Positions 1 to 28,270 are shown, counted from the first letter of the stretch. The stretch is DNA of 64,000 bases from Lingula anatina (GCA_051362555.1 CM120641.1:40306401-40370400), one strand, 5' to 3'. Notes: generated from the sequence alone by a model not told the origin. A program made the numbers and translations.

Positions 1-186
1 CTAGCATATCACATTCTCTAATGAATCTAGGTTATTTTTTCACTTAAGTTTAAAGAAAACTGCAACTTGTCGGAAAGCGAGTATGACGTCTAACGTCACA
101 AAAACAAATATCTAGAATGTTTATTTTAAATAACTCAATAAATGGCTTACGTCTACTTTCGCAATGTCCTCGGGTTTTGAAAAAAA

Positions 187-1829
187 GGGGGGGCGGATCC
201 AGGTTTATTTGAAGGGGGTCCGTTTTTTTAGAAATAAAAGGCCACGGATACGTAGCCGATCCTGAAAAGATGGGATGATTCTGATGAAAGCTTAAATGAA
301 GTGTTTTTTACATGGATACGGCTGAAATTGGCCCAAAAAATTGATTTCTGAGGGTAAAAGGGAACAATTTCTTCCATTCCTGTTCTCTGATCCAAATTGG
401 GATAATTAAAAGACTCGCCCCACCTGTCACCCCTTCTAATGCCATGGATTCGCCCTACCTGTCACCCCTTCTAATACAATGGATTCGCCCTACCTGTCAC
501 CCCTTTAATGCAATGGATTCGCCACACCTGTCACCCCTATAATGCAATGGACTCGCCACACCTGTCACCCCTCTAACGGAATTGACTCGCCCAACCTGTC
601 ACCCCTTCTAAGACAATGGACTCGCCCTACCTGTTACCCCTGTAATGCAATGGACTCACCCCACCTGCCACCCCCTCTAACGCAATGGACTCGCCCCACC
701 TGTCACCCCTTCTAATACAATGGGCTCGCCCTACCTGTCAAACCTATAATGCAATGGAATCGCCCCACCTGTGACCTCTTTAATGCAATGGACTCGCACC
801 GTGACGTACTATTCAACCGTATTAGCTTCAGTCAAGTCTTTACTGCTAAACCTTTTCACTACTCCTGTGATAGCTGACCTTGTAAAGAATTTATTGGAAT
901 AAATTTTCTAAAATGAAGTTAAAACAATCCATTGATTAATCACAAATGCCAATTAACTATCAGGATTACTTGAAAACGCCTTTTTAATGATTTTGATAAA
1001 CCTTATTACATAATTGAAGTCTATTTTATAGTTTTTTTAAAGCTTTTCATCATGGTGGTAATTTCGGGTAGGTACCGACTGCACGAGGGTTCTCATCGCT
1101 CTAGTCGCCGATTAACCCCAACCCCAATTTGTAATCAGCCACTGAAATCCTTTGTTAATGTGTTTTTGTCAAAATTAACAAAAATGTAAAATATGTAAAT
1201 TTCATCAAAGTTTATTTACGTTAATAGAACTTGCTGACAGTGACAATGTAGAACGTTAGAATAACGTTCTCTTAACACTTGTTGATAGTCTAGCCAATAT
1301 ATAACCCCGTTATCAAAACGTTCTGTGTAAGCTGGGTTTCTGTTACCTTCATTATTTTGCATGTGTTTAAAACATTTATTAACAAGAGACCTAATGTCTA
1401 TGAAATCAATTTTTTTTTATTTTTAAATAAACTCAAATGGCACTAAATAGATTTTTTATTAATGATAACAAATAGGCCTAATGAGTTATTGTTTTTAAAG
1501 TAACTACAACCTTAAAGGTGCGCTCCATGGGTTTTGAAATGGGTTTAAGACGTGTCAGGGGGGTCCTGACCCCCCCTTCAATTTCTGAAAAAAATCACAC
1601 CATTGGTCGCCATCTTGCAATTTGAATTTTGACTAGCTGAATCATAGTTCTAAACCGTACCAAATGGCACTGTTCACCCTCTAAATTACCAAAAACTTTC
1701 GGGGCCCTTCAGCAGGCAAGGGGTGGGGGGTGGGGTGGGGTGGGGGGGGGTGGGGGGGGGGTAAGGTCAGGTTCGCATCCGTGCCCCCCCCCCCCCCCCC
1801 CCCTTCAATTAATCCTGGATCCGCCCCTG
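187..1829. mobile_element. hAT-like non-autonomous element (GGGGCGGATCCAGG termini), probably with internal insertions
   Basis: Left GGGGCGGATCCAGGTTTATTTGAAGGGG (~190-217) is the imperfect reverse complement of right CCCCTTCAATTAATCCTGGATCCGCCCCTG (~1800-1829). No clear 8-bp TSD, so it is not certain both ends belong to one insertion. The 1556-1829 part has a second copy at 44826-44910 + 49492-49590. Confidence 0.55.
412..800 (+). repeat. 34-35 bp minisatellite, 11 full units plus a partial unit
   Basis: Consensus GACTCGCCCCACCTGTCACCCC(T)TCTAATGCAATG, head-to-tail with point variants and no unique spacers. Confidence 0.95.
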
Positions 1830-1966
1830 AATACTAGTTTGCTAACATGTATTTCATTTTAGATCAGTCCTGTGGCAATCCCGGTCAGGTTTACAGGAGG
1901 AGAACCTTTTTGTTTTTATTAATTTATCCTTTAATTATCTTTTCATTCGTGTCTTCACTATAGTTA

Positions 1967-2170
1967 GGGGAGACCGGGGCTTATTGGATCCCGGGGTAAG
2001 TCGAGTCTCTTTAATAATAATAATTAATCATTTCATTTGGACTCACTGCCGACGCTTTCTTAGCAATATTGGATACGATCACTTTACAAAATGATGTGAT
2101 CAATTAGTTACTGAATATAGTTACTTTGTCATAAATTGATGGGGGGGCCAACTTACCCCGGGGTCCCTAC
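1967..2170. mobile_element. Internally deleted copy of the pogo/Tc1-mariner-like MITE at 24337-25632
   Basis: Begins TA|GGGGAGACCGGGGCT. 2040-2166 (ACTCAC...CACTTTACAA...CATAAATTGATGGGGGGGCCAACTTACCCCGGGGTCC) matches 25468-25613. Confidence 0.75.
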
Positions 2171-2645
2171 TGCCTACACTTCATTTTTTATAATAAAAAT
2201 TAAAAATTTCCAATAGATATCTACACCCCTCCACAAAAATAATTATGGATGGACGTTTTTTATCAGTGCTGGATCTGATAGTGTGTTTAAGTGGGTAGGG
2301 TCAGTGTTTTATTTCAAAGTAATATTTTAGATAGAGTAGCAAAAACGTTCAGGGAGGACACAAACGTCACATACACTTCGGTTTGGTCTCGTTGTAACAG
2401 AGGCGAGCCCCCAAAAGAACCGTAAGGGAATTGAATTCCAGTCAAATATTTTAGAGAATATTTCAGCTATATCTTTTGTGACCCATGCAAGAAATATTGT
2501 ATTTATATTTCATCACTGTTTTATAAATTGCAAAGATTGATGAAAGTATTTCAATTTATACTTTACTACTTGTTAAACAAATTGAAGGTTTCTGCTTCCA
2601 CTTTGAACCCCTCCCTCGCATGCACCTCGGTCCCATAACATCAAA

Positions 2646-16454
<13,809 letters not shown>

Positions 16455-19400
16455 AGATAGATGGAGCCTTGTTCAAGACAAGATTTTCCAGATTATCATC
16501 AGTGCGCAAGAGCTTGATATTGTTTGCCTTGTGTATTGTTTTTGTCTGCCATGCAGAGGTCAAATACCAGCATTAGAGAACTTTATCAACACGAAGGAAT
16601 GTCAAATCTGTGGCATAAAACTTGGATGAAATAGTACACATACACACATGCAAAATAATTAAAATTTGAAGATTTGTTGTTGTCATTGTCTGACATGCTT
16701 GGCTTTTGTGAAGTGACTTGGCATCCTTAATATCATTGCCAAGCTTCTGTTGCTGAAAGTGTACTAAAATCAGATGAAGCCATCATTGACTTAGTAACTG
16801 TGCACAGATTATACAAGAGTAAAAGCAAGTTGTTGACATTTTGGATTTGACATTCAGTGAAACACTTCAGATGTTAATATCTTTATTTTTACTAGTGTAC
16901 AATGTTGAGTTCTACTTTTCTCAGAGCTAAATTGTCTGTACATTATTTGAAGAGTGCACCTTAGCCTAGCCCATATTTTCCAATTTTGTTGTGAAAATAA
17001 ATTATGTCCAGCTATACATTCAAAGCAGGTGATGGGCTTCCTTAATTAAAGGGAAAACATGCTTCATTGCAAAGCATTTTTAAAGAATCTGTAAGTTGGA
17101 ATACTTGCAGGAAGTGAGACATACTTTTTTTTGAAAATCTGGTGAGCATTGTATACAAGCAGTATACCAGAATTTACTTCAGAATTATTCACTTTAGTAA
17201 GGTAAAAAAGGATCCACTATTTGAATTTGTAAGATAGCATTGTTATGAGTTGCAAAATGGATTCTAGTCCTTTATTTATTTATTTATTTATTTATTTATT
17301 TTTGCAGAAAAGGTTATTGATATGAGTTGCCAAGTCGTGTATTTTGGTTGTGAATTACAAGGCCCATATAAGTGATATTTGTTATGTTTTAAATGGGGAT
17401 GCTGCTTCATGCATTTCAATACATATGACATTGCCTTGAATATATGCCTCAGCTTTAATTTCTTAAATAATATGATTTAATTTGTTATATAGTTGAGGTA
17501 AATATTTGTTTCCTGGTGTTGATGTTCCATATAATAGACTACACATTTAAATGGATAATTATAGTTTTTTTTTGTGCTCTATCAGACGTTCCTGCTGTTT
17601 AAGTTTTCTTCTGCATAGCTCATTCTCTTTTTCTTTTTGTGCTGATCAGTGACGGATTACTTATAATTATATAAAAATGGAAAACGAGCAAGATGCTCTG
17701 TTTAAGGTAGTTTACAGCCTGTGATATTTATGACACGTGACAGTTAATGATCAAAGGCAATGTTTAGATTTTAGCATATACTTCATTTTCAAACATTAAT
17801 TCCCTTAAATTTAAACCATTTGAGGTCTGAGGGTTCATGAAGTGATTTGTGGCACAGAAAGGCACTCGAGCCCCCAAATTAGTAGCTTAAACATGATATA
17901 TCCATGGTGATTGGCACAAGACAATGTTTTAACTTTCAGTTCCCAGTTGAGGAGATAAAGCTGAATATGCTTTTTTATGAAATGTTGCTTATTCTGTTTT
18001 GTACATCTTTATATTGTCACCTGTAAAGGTAAATATAATATGATGTAAATGTATTTGCTAATAAATATTATATATGGTAATTTTTTGTAAGGGTTTATTA
18101 TACCAAAAGGGATGCGTGAGTGTACATGTAAATGATTTGAAATCGTCAATTAATAAAAAAAATCTCGAATTACTTTCTATTGACAAAATAAATGCATGGG
18201 TACCTTGTGGTGTCTTCTGTGACATTTCCAGATGACTTAACGTGTAACTAAACAAGGCACATGAGGAGTAATGCCCTATTAAATGGATTTAAACTGCCGT
18301 TTCGATATTTTCATCTCAACTCCCAACATCACCTGCACCGTATTCCTATTATATGCCATCTAAATGCTTTTGCAGAAAACTTGTAACTTGGCAATAAACC
18401 TCGTATTTGAGCGATAGGTATGTTTCAAATTACAGTTTAGTCGCATTCTTATCCAATAAACTGTTAAGGAAGAATAAGACTCGTCAACAAGGATTACTGC
18501 TGTCGGGACGTTGCTGATGAAAATCACTGCCGTGAATCCGTATTGTAGTAGTTGTGCCAATAATCAGAATCGAAAGCACATTGACGCCAGCTCATTTCTA
18601 GACAAATCAAATTCACCTTCAGACAATTTGAAAATTACTCTGTGGCAAATGATTGAGTTCAGTGCCAAGTCTTTGCCTTTATTTATTTTTTTTTTTCACA
18701 TGAAATTTTCTGAATTTTATTTTGTGAACTGAACTGAACAAATCTCATGCCGTTAACAAAAAACGTTCTTTTATTCTCTTTCTTTATACCGCACTGTACG
18801 TGTACATGCGTTTCAGTGCTGTTTACAAGAAAATAATTAAGTTCTTAAGTATCAGAACAAAGTATCAGAATTAAAGAAACCCAAATTAAATGGTATAGTC
18901 CTAAATGATAAAAAAAGTATTAAGACACTTTAAGAGACAGTAAAGCTAACGATGAAAGAAGTATGTAAAATCAGCTGAAATACTGTTTAAATAATCATTG
19001 AATGTCTTTTTAAAATATCAAATAAAAGGGTATCATCTCATTGTGGACGCTGAAGTGCCAAAATACACCTAGTGATACGACTGGCGTTTACCCACCATTA
19101 GATTGGAATGCATTATTTTTGGGTGAAAATAAAAGGGCTATCCCGGAAGAAAAGGCATCACAGCAGTTTCGAACGCAAGTTTGATCTAAGGCTACATTAT
19201 TGTTGTGTCTTCACAACGAAAATTCAAATAAACAAACAAAAGCAGCAGCATTGACTGCTGATTGGGAGGATGTTTTTTCTATACAGTGAATTTTCTATAT
19301 GACAGCGAAAAAATGGCCCAATAATATAATTGTGAAAAATTCTGAAACTTTCCCCGTTGTATCTATGGCTCTATCCAGCTTATATAATAGTTGAGTTTTA

Positions 19401-19910
19401 ATAACCGACGCTTTCTGTCAGTCCCCGATCTTAATTAAAATCGATGAGGATTAAGCCTGCCATACAGCGTTAATGTGACGGTGCAGGAATGACAAATACG
19501 GCTGAATTACTCTATACACTATACCTCAAACATCAAAAACATGAAAATTGCATTTTCTCCCTGCGTATACAGACATTAACTACTATTAACGTGTTCATCC
19601 GATCACATTCAATGGCCTATTGTGTGTTTGCAGTCAAATAATGTCCCACGACGAGACATGCAATAGGAAATGAAAGGATTACCTTCTTCAGGTTTAGGTG
19701 ATGTGTAAATATTTTAATAAAAAAGATAAATCAATGCTACTCAGTTGTTTCAGTATCCGTAGAAACACCGTAACCAGTTATCGATTTTAATCGTACGCCA
19801 ACTCCTCAATCGGATTAAGAGATTATAGAACGTGTTTCTGAGAGAGAGACGCAGTCGATTTTAGAGGGCAGTTGCAGATATGTGACCGCGGTCAACGGCG
19901 ACAATGTAAA

Positions 19911-20597
19911 ATGGAGAATTCGTTAAGAATGTTTGTAATCAGTATAGGTAAGTGTAATGCCTATAAACCCCTACGCTCGTTATCGCAATATTAATATTAT
20001 TACATTATTATAATGTTATAATGAAAAAAAAATGTAGAAACATTTCTAAGCTTTGGGTTTCGAAAACAAGAGGCTTGTCTTATTACATCTGTCTGCATAT
20101 CTCCAAGAAAACATTTGGGTTTATTGAAGCATATCGAAAAGTAAGTAAAAAATAACTGCTACACTTTAGGGATGCTGACTGGAACAATTTAACAACATGC
20201 GACAGAATCGAAGAAAGAAATAAGCGCTGACTTCTAGTATAGGATCCAACCTCACAAATAAGACTTAAAGTTTTCTTAAATTTCACAACACATAAACAAC
20301 ATGGAACTTGGGGACTGCTCCACAAATAATGATATGTTACAGTTTACGATCATTATTCTGTATGTTACAGTTTTACTTCTACTCGGTGATGCTGACCAGG
20401 TAATAAGCATGGTTGTGACAGGAATGGGGACATTCTCGTACAATCTGTCCTGTTATGAATGCTCGGAAGCGTTTACAGACAATCTGAAATCCTACGAGCC
20501 TTTCACTCCCTGTCAAACTAACCTTGAAGAAGTAGACGTGAGACCCTGCGGTAGTAGAGATTTATATTGTAAGGTAAAGTTGCCTTAAATATATGTG

Positions 20598-20670
<73 letters not shown>

Positions 20671-21031
20671 TAATTTGTAATGCACAATTTCCAAATCCAT
20701 TTCACCACTGAACAAAATGATAGACGAGTATGTCACATCTTTATTTTTATTTGTTATTATTGTTATTATTGCTCAGGTTGAGAGGAAATCCTTCAAGGGC
20801 CAGACTGTGACCATTGAACGCGGATGCACCCAGCGTTGCCTCCACGGCTGTAAGTTCACCGGATGGGGCATTACGTTGATGACGTGTACGTCATGCTGCC
20901 AGGAGCACGTGTGCAACACAGGGAACAGGGCTCCAGGATCACTGCACGCGCCCACAACACAGGGAGAACTCTTCACCACTTTATTAACAACACTATTAGT
21001 TAAACGTGCAATTACTTTCCTGAACAGATAA
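19911..21031 (+). CDS. Ly6/uPAR (three-finger, quiver/sleepless-like) secreted or GPI-anchored protein, 164 aa
   Basis: Exons 19911-19947, 20371-20573, 20777-21031 (GT-AG, phases 1 and 0). Signal peptide MENSLRMFVISIVLLLLG, domain starting LSCYEC and ending TSCCQEHVCN with 12 Cys, IERGC motif, hydrophobic tail LFTTLLTTLLV. Confidence 0.88.
20595..20667. repeat. Compound (GT)n(GA)n microsatellite
   Basis: Read directly, in intron 2 of the Ly6 gene. Similar tracts at 28209-28290, 31908-31950, 32122-32168, 34411-34462, 35645-35677, 46550-46580. Confidence 0.95.
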
Positions 21032-22060
21032 AAAAGACAGATGATGTTCCTGATACGAACCGTTATTCCGTCTCAGAGGTATCTTTTTTTTTTTTTTTAA
21101 GATTGTGGTTGTTGGTGACATTTTGATTACATTTTTGTAAATCTGAAAAAGTAACGCATGTAGGATCAGGATTCCTATCTTCCTATGTAATACGTCAAAA
21201 GATTGGTTTATTAAACATACATGCATAATTTACGTAACCCGAGAGAAACGGATGGCTTATATCATGGAGCAATTACAATCAAAGCACTTAATACATGATT
21301 ATTAACACATTTTTATAGTGAAAACGAAAGTCCTTATATAATTCAAGATTCGAATTTTTATAGCCCATTAAATATTTACAGTTAACGCAAGCCATATCTT
21401 CTTGTAGCATGCGTTATAAACTGGAAAATACAGTGCATAGGCCTACAAGTGCACCCCACCAACTGGTAACTGTCCGACTGATATACCTGGCAACAATCTC
21501 CTGTCCAATACCAAACCAATGAAGTTTTTTTGTGACACTGTATAATTTCAAGTGATCTATGTGTAAAAGAGACCAAATTCCAAAATTGTCTATCTTAAAA
21601 CGTACTTTTGGCTCCAGCCCTCTTCTTTTTTATTGCCAGATATGGAGATGTTGCGGTAGTGCGAGAACATTGGTTCTTCCTATTCATCACCTTCAATCCT
21701 GATTTTTCTCTGAAAACCTTTTTAATATAACTGAAATGAGTCTTTTACCTACACACACACACAAAGTGTGTTCAAGATTGGGGGTACAGTGTGCTCTTAA
21801 GCCTATGCATATAATTTTTGAATCAATGCCCTACAAACCATAACGGTCCTTTGTTAAGTATCAGAATACACAAATTTTAAAAAGGGTTGTATTGCACAAA
21901 ACCCGAGTATTATAGAACTTTACATTAACGATGTCTGTTTTACCAAATTTATGGCAGTACGCTGCAAATCCAGTGCGTTAGCGGAGCCTTCTCTACACAG
22001 CAAATACCAGTGTGTTTGATGTGACAAGTTATGTATTACGGTGCAACAAGCACAATCATC

Positions 22061-25000
22061 CTATCTGCGCCACACTCTCTTGTCAGGGGACGCGAAAACC
22101 AGCCTGCAAAAAAAAAAAAATAATAATAAAATAAAATAAAATAAAATAAAATAAAATAATAATAATAAAATAAAAAAACTTATAGTTGGGTCATGCATAC
22201 AAAATATGTATACTCAGTCCAAATAAAGAATTTACAAAACTGAAGTTAAAATGATCAATTTATTCACAAATTTGTTAATTTTCTTTAAATAACTTAAATA
22301 TCTATACATGAAAAATCTCAGGGCCCCAAAACTGAAGAATAAGCAAGCGTACAGAGTAAAGAAAACCTATCAATAGGACCAACATTTTCAAACTCTGGTC
22401 ACGAATTCTTTACGACTGCTATACCTGTACAATAGCCCGGACACGCAGGCTCCGAGGAATGGCCCCACCCAGTAGATGTAGTGATACTTCCAGATGTCAG
22501 GATTGTAGCTTGTTACTGCCACCGCGGGACCCAACGTTCTGGCTGGATTCATAGAGGCCCCAGACAGCCAGCCGCTGTAAGATAAAGCAAATAAGCATAC
22601 GAGAGAGGGAGAGAGAGGATGAGGAGGGCAGTTTTCTTTCTTTCATTTTCTAGGGAACTATTAAAATAGGTGTTGGCAAAAGTGATCAAAACAATATACA
22701 GCATTGTAAATTATTTACCTGTCTGCCTGTTTATCTAATTATTTATTCATTTCTTGCTAACATTTGAATAATGGATAAAACAATGCATTATGTGATCATG
22801 TTAGATCCCATCGCTGATTTAGAATTGATACCGTGGGTATTGGAAAACGAACCGCTTACCCCGCTAAGATGCAAACAACAACAGCCACGCCTATTATAAT
22901 TGGTGCCAATGTTTTGTTAGTTTTACTATCCACAGCCACCATCAGAATGGTAAAAACTAACACAATGGTCAGGAAGATCTCACAACCAATGGCTGACCCC
23001 CACGTCACTACACTAGGGTTGATCGTCTGCGCTCCACCGTTTGTCATATTGAATAGCTCTACTGGGCTTAATAACTGGAAGAATAATTTCCATAGTTGTC
23101 ATCAATGCATACATATGCAAAGATATGTTATACTGTATTTGATCCCGATTTTCTATAAAAAATGGTTCCCGTGATTTATTTTTATAGAAAAATACACTTT
23201 GCTTATTCAAGGACCTTTTTAACGTTCAAACGAATAGTATATGGTGAATGATAGGTCGTTAGTTGCACGCATATATAGTAAGAGGAAATATGCGCACATC
23301 CTATGTCTAATCCAAAAAAGGTGAAACACTAATTTCAGCACTAGAGAACATCCGTAGATATCATTTAAAACGCAGGGGCCGGAAATTTGAAGGATGACTA
23401 GCCTATTGTCAATATTAAACACCAAATAAAGTGGGTTCTCCAATTGTATGTCTAATTTAGAACCCAATGTACTTAATGAGTCCCCAGACATAACACTCTC
23501 ATCAAACGCTTGAGCATTAGATTGTTGTCTGCGTTGCACCTCGGAACCCGAATTTCCCAAAGGCGGGATACACAAGATAAACGGTAATAGAATTGTACGT
23601 AAAATTCACATAGGCTCTTACTCACCCGGACAAACCCTGCTCCGACCATGCCGCCAAGTAACTGGGCGAACAGATAGACGACTGCCACAGGAAGGGTAAT
23701 CCCACCTGCTATAACGATCCCCAAAGTAACCGCGGGATTGACGTGAGCCCCGCTGAAATGTCCACAAACATAATTTGGTATATCCAAGAACTACACATGT
23801 CATTTTAAGTCGGTTCTAATTTCGTAAAAATAACTCAGTTGAGTTTACTGAGTTAATCTTTTTGTTGCATGGAACGTAAAAACCATGACCCCCCCCCCCC
23901 CCCCAAAAAAAAAGGATTTTTTTGTGTGATGCAATTGTGACAAATTAGCTTTGAAGTGTAATACGGTAATGCAAACCATGGAATTCGCAGATTATGTATG
24001 CTGAAAAACCATTGCCTGCACTTAATTCATATTAAAAATTGCTATTGAACCATGAACTGAAAATGAAAATTACTTTTTTGGGGGAAAATTAAATCAATGT
24101 TTTATAATGCACAAACTTTTGCGACCAATAACTACTGGTATGAGCTGGTATGATGGCCAGTTTGCCTGTTGAATTAAAATGTAATGACTAAAGTTGAGAC
24201 CACTTGTTAATAACCGCAACAGATGTAGGTCATTAATGCTCCAAAACAGCACTGAATAAAGAAAGGTGGCGGGAACAATGGAGGTCATCCGAAATAGCCT
24301 GGAATGTCTCGCGACGTAGTGTAAAATCAAGCTATAGGGGAGACCGGGGCTAGTTGGCCCCGTTAGACACTTTTGGCCTTGTAGAGCCAACTAGGAATGG
24401 GTTAGAGTAACAAAACCGGTTTCAAAGTAAGCCCTATGAACTAAGCTACGTATGCAACGCCATTATTTTTCAAACATACATGTAATGCCAGATGGCTCAC
24501 GATTTGACAAAAAGCGCAGTTGACGTCAGGGGGGCCAACTTGCACCGCCACGGGGCAAGTTGGCCCCAGGGTCGGGGCAAGTTGGCCCCCCTCTACGAAA
24601 ATGAAGTATATATCCCATGTAAACGCCTTGAAATACATTTTTATACATTTTTAATTTATTAAATTGATTTTTGAGAGTCTTTGATGAATAAATAGTTCAA
24701 ATGAGGCAGATTTTTTTTAGGTTTCCGTACGTCACGTTGTAGGGGGGGGGGGGTATGTGTTGCAAGAACCAAAATATCTATCAATAAAATTTGTTTTGTT
24801 TTAATTAAGAATAAATTAATAATGGTATAAAGCAGGTTTTTAATAATTGAAAACGAATAAAAAATTTCGTATTAAAAGAAAGTAACAAATTCAGTTTTAA
24901 ACCACTGAGTAACAAACTCAGTTTGTTTCAACAATGGTTTCTAGCTAGGGAGGGGTGGAAAATCCCCTTGGGGCCACATATAACACTGTAAATACAAATT

Positions 25001-27192
25001 GAATCCCCTTACAATGAATTAAGGCAAAATAAATGTTTTTCTAAAGAAAGTTTCGCTTTTTAATACATACAATCAACAGAACATTTCTAATATAAATTTT
25101 CAAAAAAACACCAGAGAACAAATTAAATAAAATCAATCAGACGGTAAACACCGGCAAGCTTTGTCAATTTCACCAACTTGTTTATTTCAAACAGCGTTGC
25201 GCGCAAAGGATTGTGGGTAATGTGAGGGTCCAACTTGCCCCGAGTCAAGGGGGCCAACTAGCCCCGGGTGCACATTATTTATTTTAAAGGATGTTAGCCA
25301 TTTATGGTGCTAGAATGAGCAACGATGATACATCTCCGTGAAACTTGAAACAATGAGCTTCAGTTTGATGCCCTATACATATCTTATATTCGATCAAAAG
25401 CATATGAAAATAGATTTTTAAATCTCTTAAACAAAATTACTTTTAGGTGCAAAAAAAGTTTATTTCGACTCACCGCTTAAGTAAAACTTTTTAACGTCCG
25501 ACACTTCCTTAGCATTGTAGGCTACGGTCACTTTACAAGAGTATGTGGCCAATTTTTTTACATCGTAGTTACTTTTTCATAAATTGACGGGGGGCCAACT
25601 TACCCCGGGGTCCAACTAGCCCCGGTCTCCCCTATTTCGCAGAATTCAGAGGAAAGCAGGGTCAGAAATCAGACTAGCGAATGCGGTACAACAATTAAAT
25701 GCCGACAGAAATTATCCACTGGCATTTTTTCTGAATGTTTTCCCTTAACTTCTGTATAACCACCGTCTTTAGAACGACAGCACGCAAGTGCTTATTCTCC
25801 ATGTTTTACGAGTTATTAAATTTTTGTATCGCTTTCTAAGATGACTTTCCCGGCACAGAGTTTTATCCATATTGTTAAAAGGTTAACTCAACTCACGGGG
25901 ATTCTCGCACGTTTACAAGGCTAGTACCAGTCACGTTATATTTTAGAGCACATTCAGAACAGATGAACCACGGACTAACTGATCCGCCGAATAAATAAGG
26001 TTGACAACGCTTAAAAAGCAATGCCCTGATTTCCTGATGGTCTCCCCGCCTCCACACGCGCCGTCGCTGCAGGTACCCAGCAATTAAACATTGGAGCCGA
26101 GATTTAATCCGTTTAATGGCGCATTTGGAGGCGGGGAAACCCTCAGGCATCGCATTTTAAGTGGGGTCGGCCATATTTAGTTGGTGAATCAGTAAATCCG
26201 CGGATCATCTGTCCTGAATGCGCTCTTAGGTTATCTCGGATGCTTGCCAATCTAAGTTACAATACGTAGGTATGAAAGTGTTGTCTGAAGAAACTGTTGT
26301 TTTAACATAGAGGTAAGGGACTTTGAGGGAATGAAATTTTATGAAACCTCATGCTCAATCTTTTTTTCTGTTCCTATCCACAACTAGATGTTCGTATTAC
26401 ACCTTGTTTTGAATCAGGCGAGGTTTGAAATTTAAATCACGTTAAAGAGATTATCTATTGTTCACGGAGGTTATTAGGTCAGACATGTGACTGTTTATAA
26501 CGATACCTCCGTATTGTATTATCTAAAAGGATGTCCGACAGGTGTGATAATGCTAATGCTACGTACAGGTATTTTCTGTAAATACAGGTAAAAAACAGAT
26601 GAAAATATTTAACAGCCTGAGGCTTCCAGGCTGCAAAGGGAATACTTGTTCAATCAAGTGATAGCACTTATTTCTATCTGCACAATGAGGAAGTACATGT
26701 AGCCTCCACCTGTGTTGGAAATATTTTCAAACATGTTGAAACGCCTGAGAGTATGATTTTTAATATCAAAATTGCATTTCACATCGTCATCTGTTACAAA
26801 AGGCTCTGAATAAAAGATATCTGATGTCTTGTTTTTATCCTATGACTGAGTATGAGTCTTACATATTAACGGGATATGCTGGCTGCATAGTTGTTCATTA
26901 CCGCCAGCAATAATCACAAAATGAGGTCTTGACAATATTTCCGCCGTTACCGAGTATGCTGGTAATTATATAATGTAAAACAAAGGCAACTGTTGTGCTT
27001 CTGCTCAGAACTACTTAAAAAAGTGAAAAGAATCTTAGAAGTATGTTGAGACACATTTGGAAAATCTATTACCAGAATGTACCAGCAATCAGAGACTATT
27101 ACAAACCTGAATGCGCTTTTTAGAGCCCTCCACACCCTCACCCCCATCAATCTCTCAATTACCAAATTGTGAACAGAACTCCAAGTTCCTTG

Positions 27193-27247
<55 letters not shown>

Positions 27248-28203
27248 TTTAAGTTCCTTGATAATACCCCGAACCCTTCCATTTCAGGTTTTCAAAACTG
27301 AAAAGATCTTTTATGTTAACGAGGGGCCGTTTACAGCCTGGTCGAAGATTTATACTTCGTCTCCGTTAAGTGGATCGAATATTGTTTATTGTGCAATGTT
27401 ATCAGGTTTGTCATGTGACCGCTCTTGACTTTATCTCACCTGTTATAAACATAAACAGCCTTAAGGATCACGCCCACATGTAACGAGAACAGTTGAATGA
27501 TGTTTTTTTTTAATGTATATATATATATATGTAATGCGAACTCCATAACATCTGGAATTATGACAGGTAAAAAAAACAGACAGAATATATCTTATGACCT
27601 ACAAAGCCACAAAATGAACAATCGTAGTTTGGGGTTTTGCAAGTTTTGCAAGTCATTCCGCTTCATCATAATTCACGGCTTTTGACATTAGTACACAAAA
27701 CTTATCTGTGCGGTCTTTAGCTAGGTTAGAATGGTTTTCAATCTAGCCAAAAAGGTTCCTTAGCATTATTTTTCATGTACATATGGATGAAATAATTGTT
27801 TGCCACCTGTTACATGGACGAAAATAAAAGATGTATCATTTCACTCTAGAGTGATGCACCTCACCAGACTGTTCTGACAATCGTGATACCTAGACAATCA
27901 TTAATGATCTATCATAAATTACATAGGCAAATGGCCAAAATTTACTGCACTGCCTTCATATATTGAATGTGTGCTTAACAATATTTTTGCCTTCAGTGTT
28001 TCTTTAACATAATGACAAACAATGGAAACTAATGTGCTTCTGACTTATTTGAGAGAAGGGTGAAATATATTACCAGGATTGCGATTTTTGTTGTTGTTGT
28101 TGCATTGTTGGTCCCTCAGACGAATGTGCCGATACACATTTGGGAAATCCATTAGGAAACTTATGCCTGTTATTGCTTGCGAGTCTAATACAAGATGAGG
28201 GGT

Positions 28204-28270
<67 letters not shown>

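Noticed and set aside
412-800. CRISPR-like periodic array
   Set aside because: The variable part is only ~12 bp and its copies are homologous to each other, so there are no unique spacers. No cas genes, and the context is eukaryotic. It is a minisatellite.
1250-1336. AACGTT-rich segment ending GCTGGG, like a CCCAGC-type transposon end
   Set aside because: No matching opposite end found in the window; too fragmentary to call.
22833-23174. 113-aa plus-strand ORF (also 28305-28760, 52908-53228, 59804-60040)
   Set aside because: Antisense shadows of real aquaporin or protease exons.
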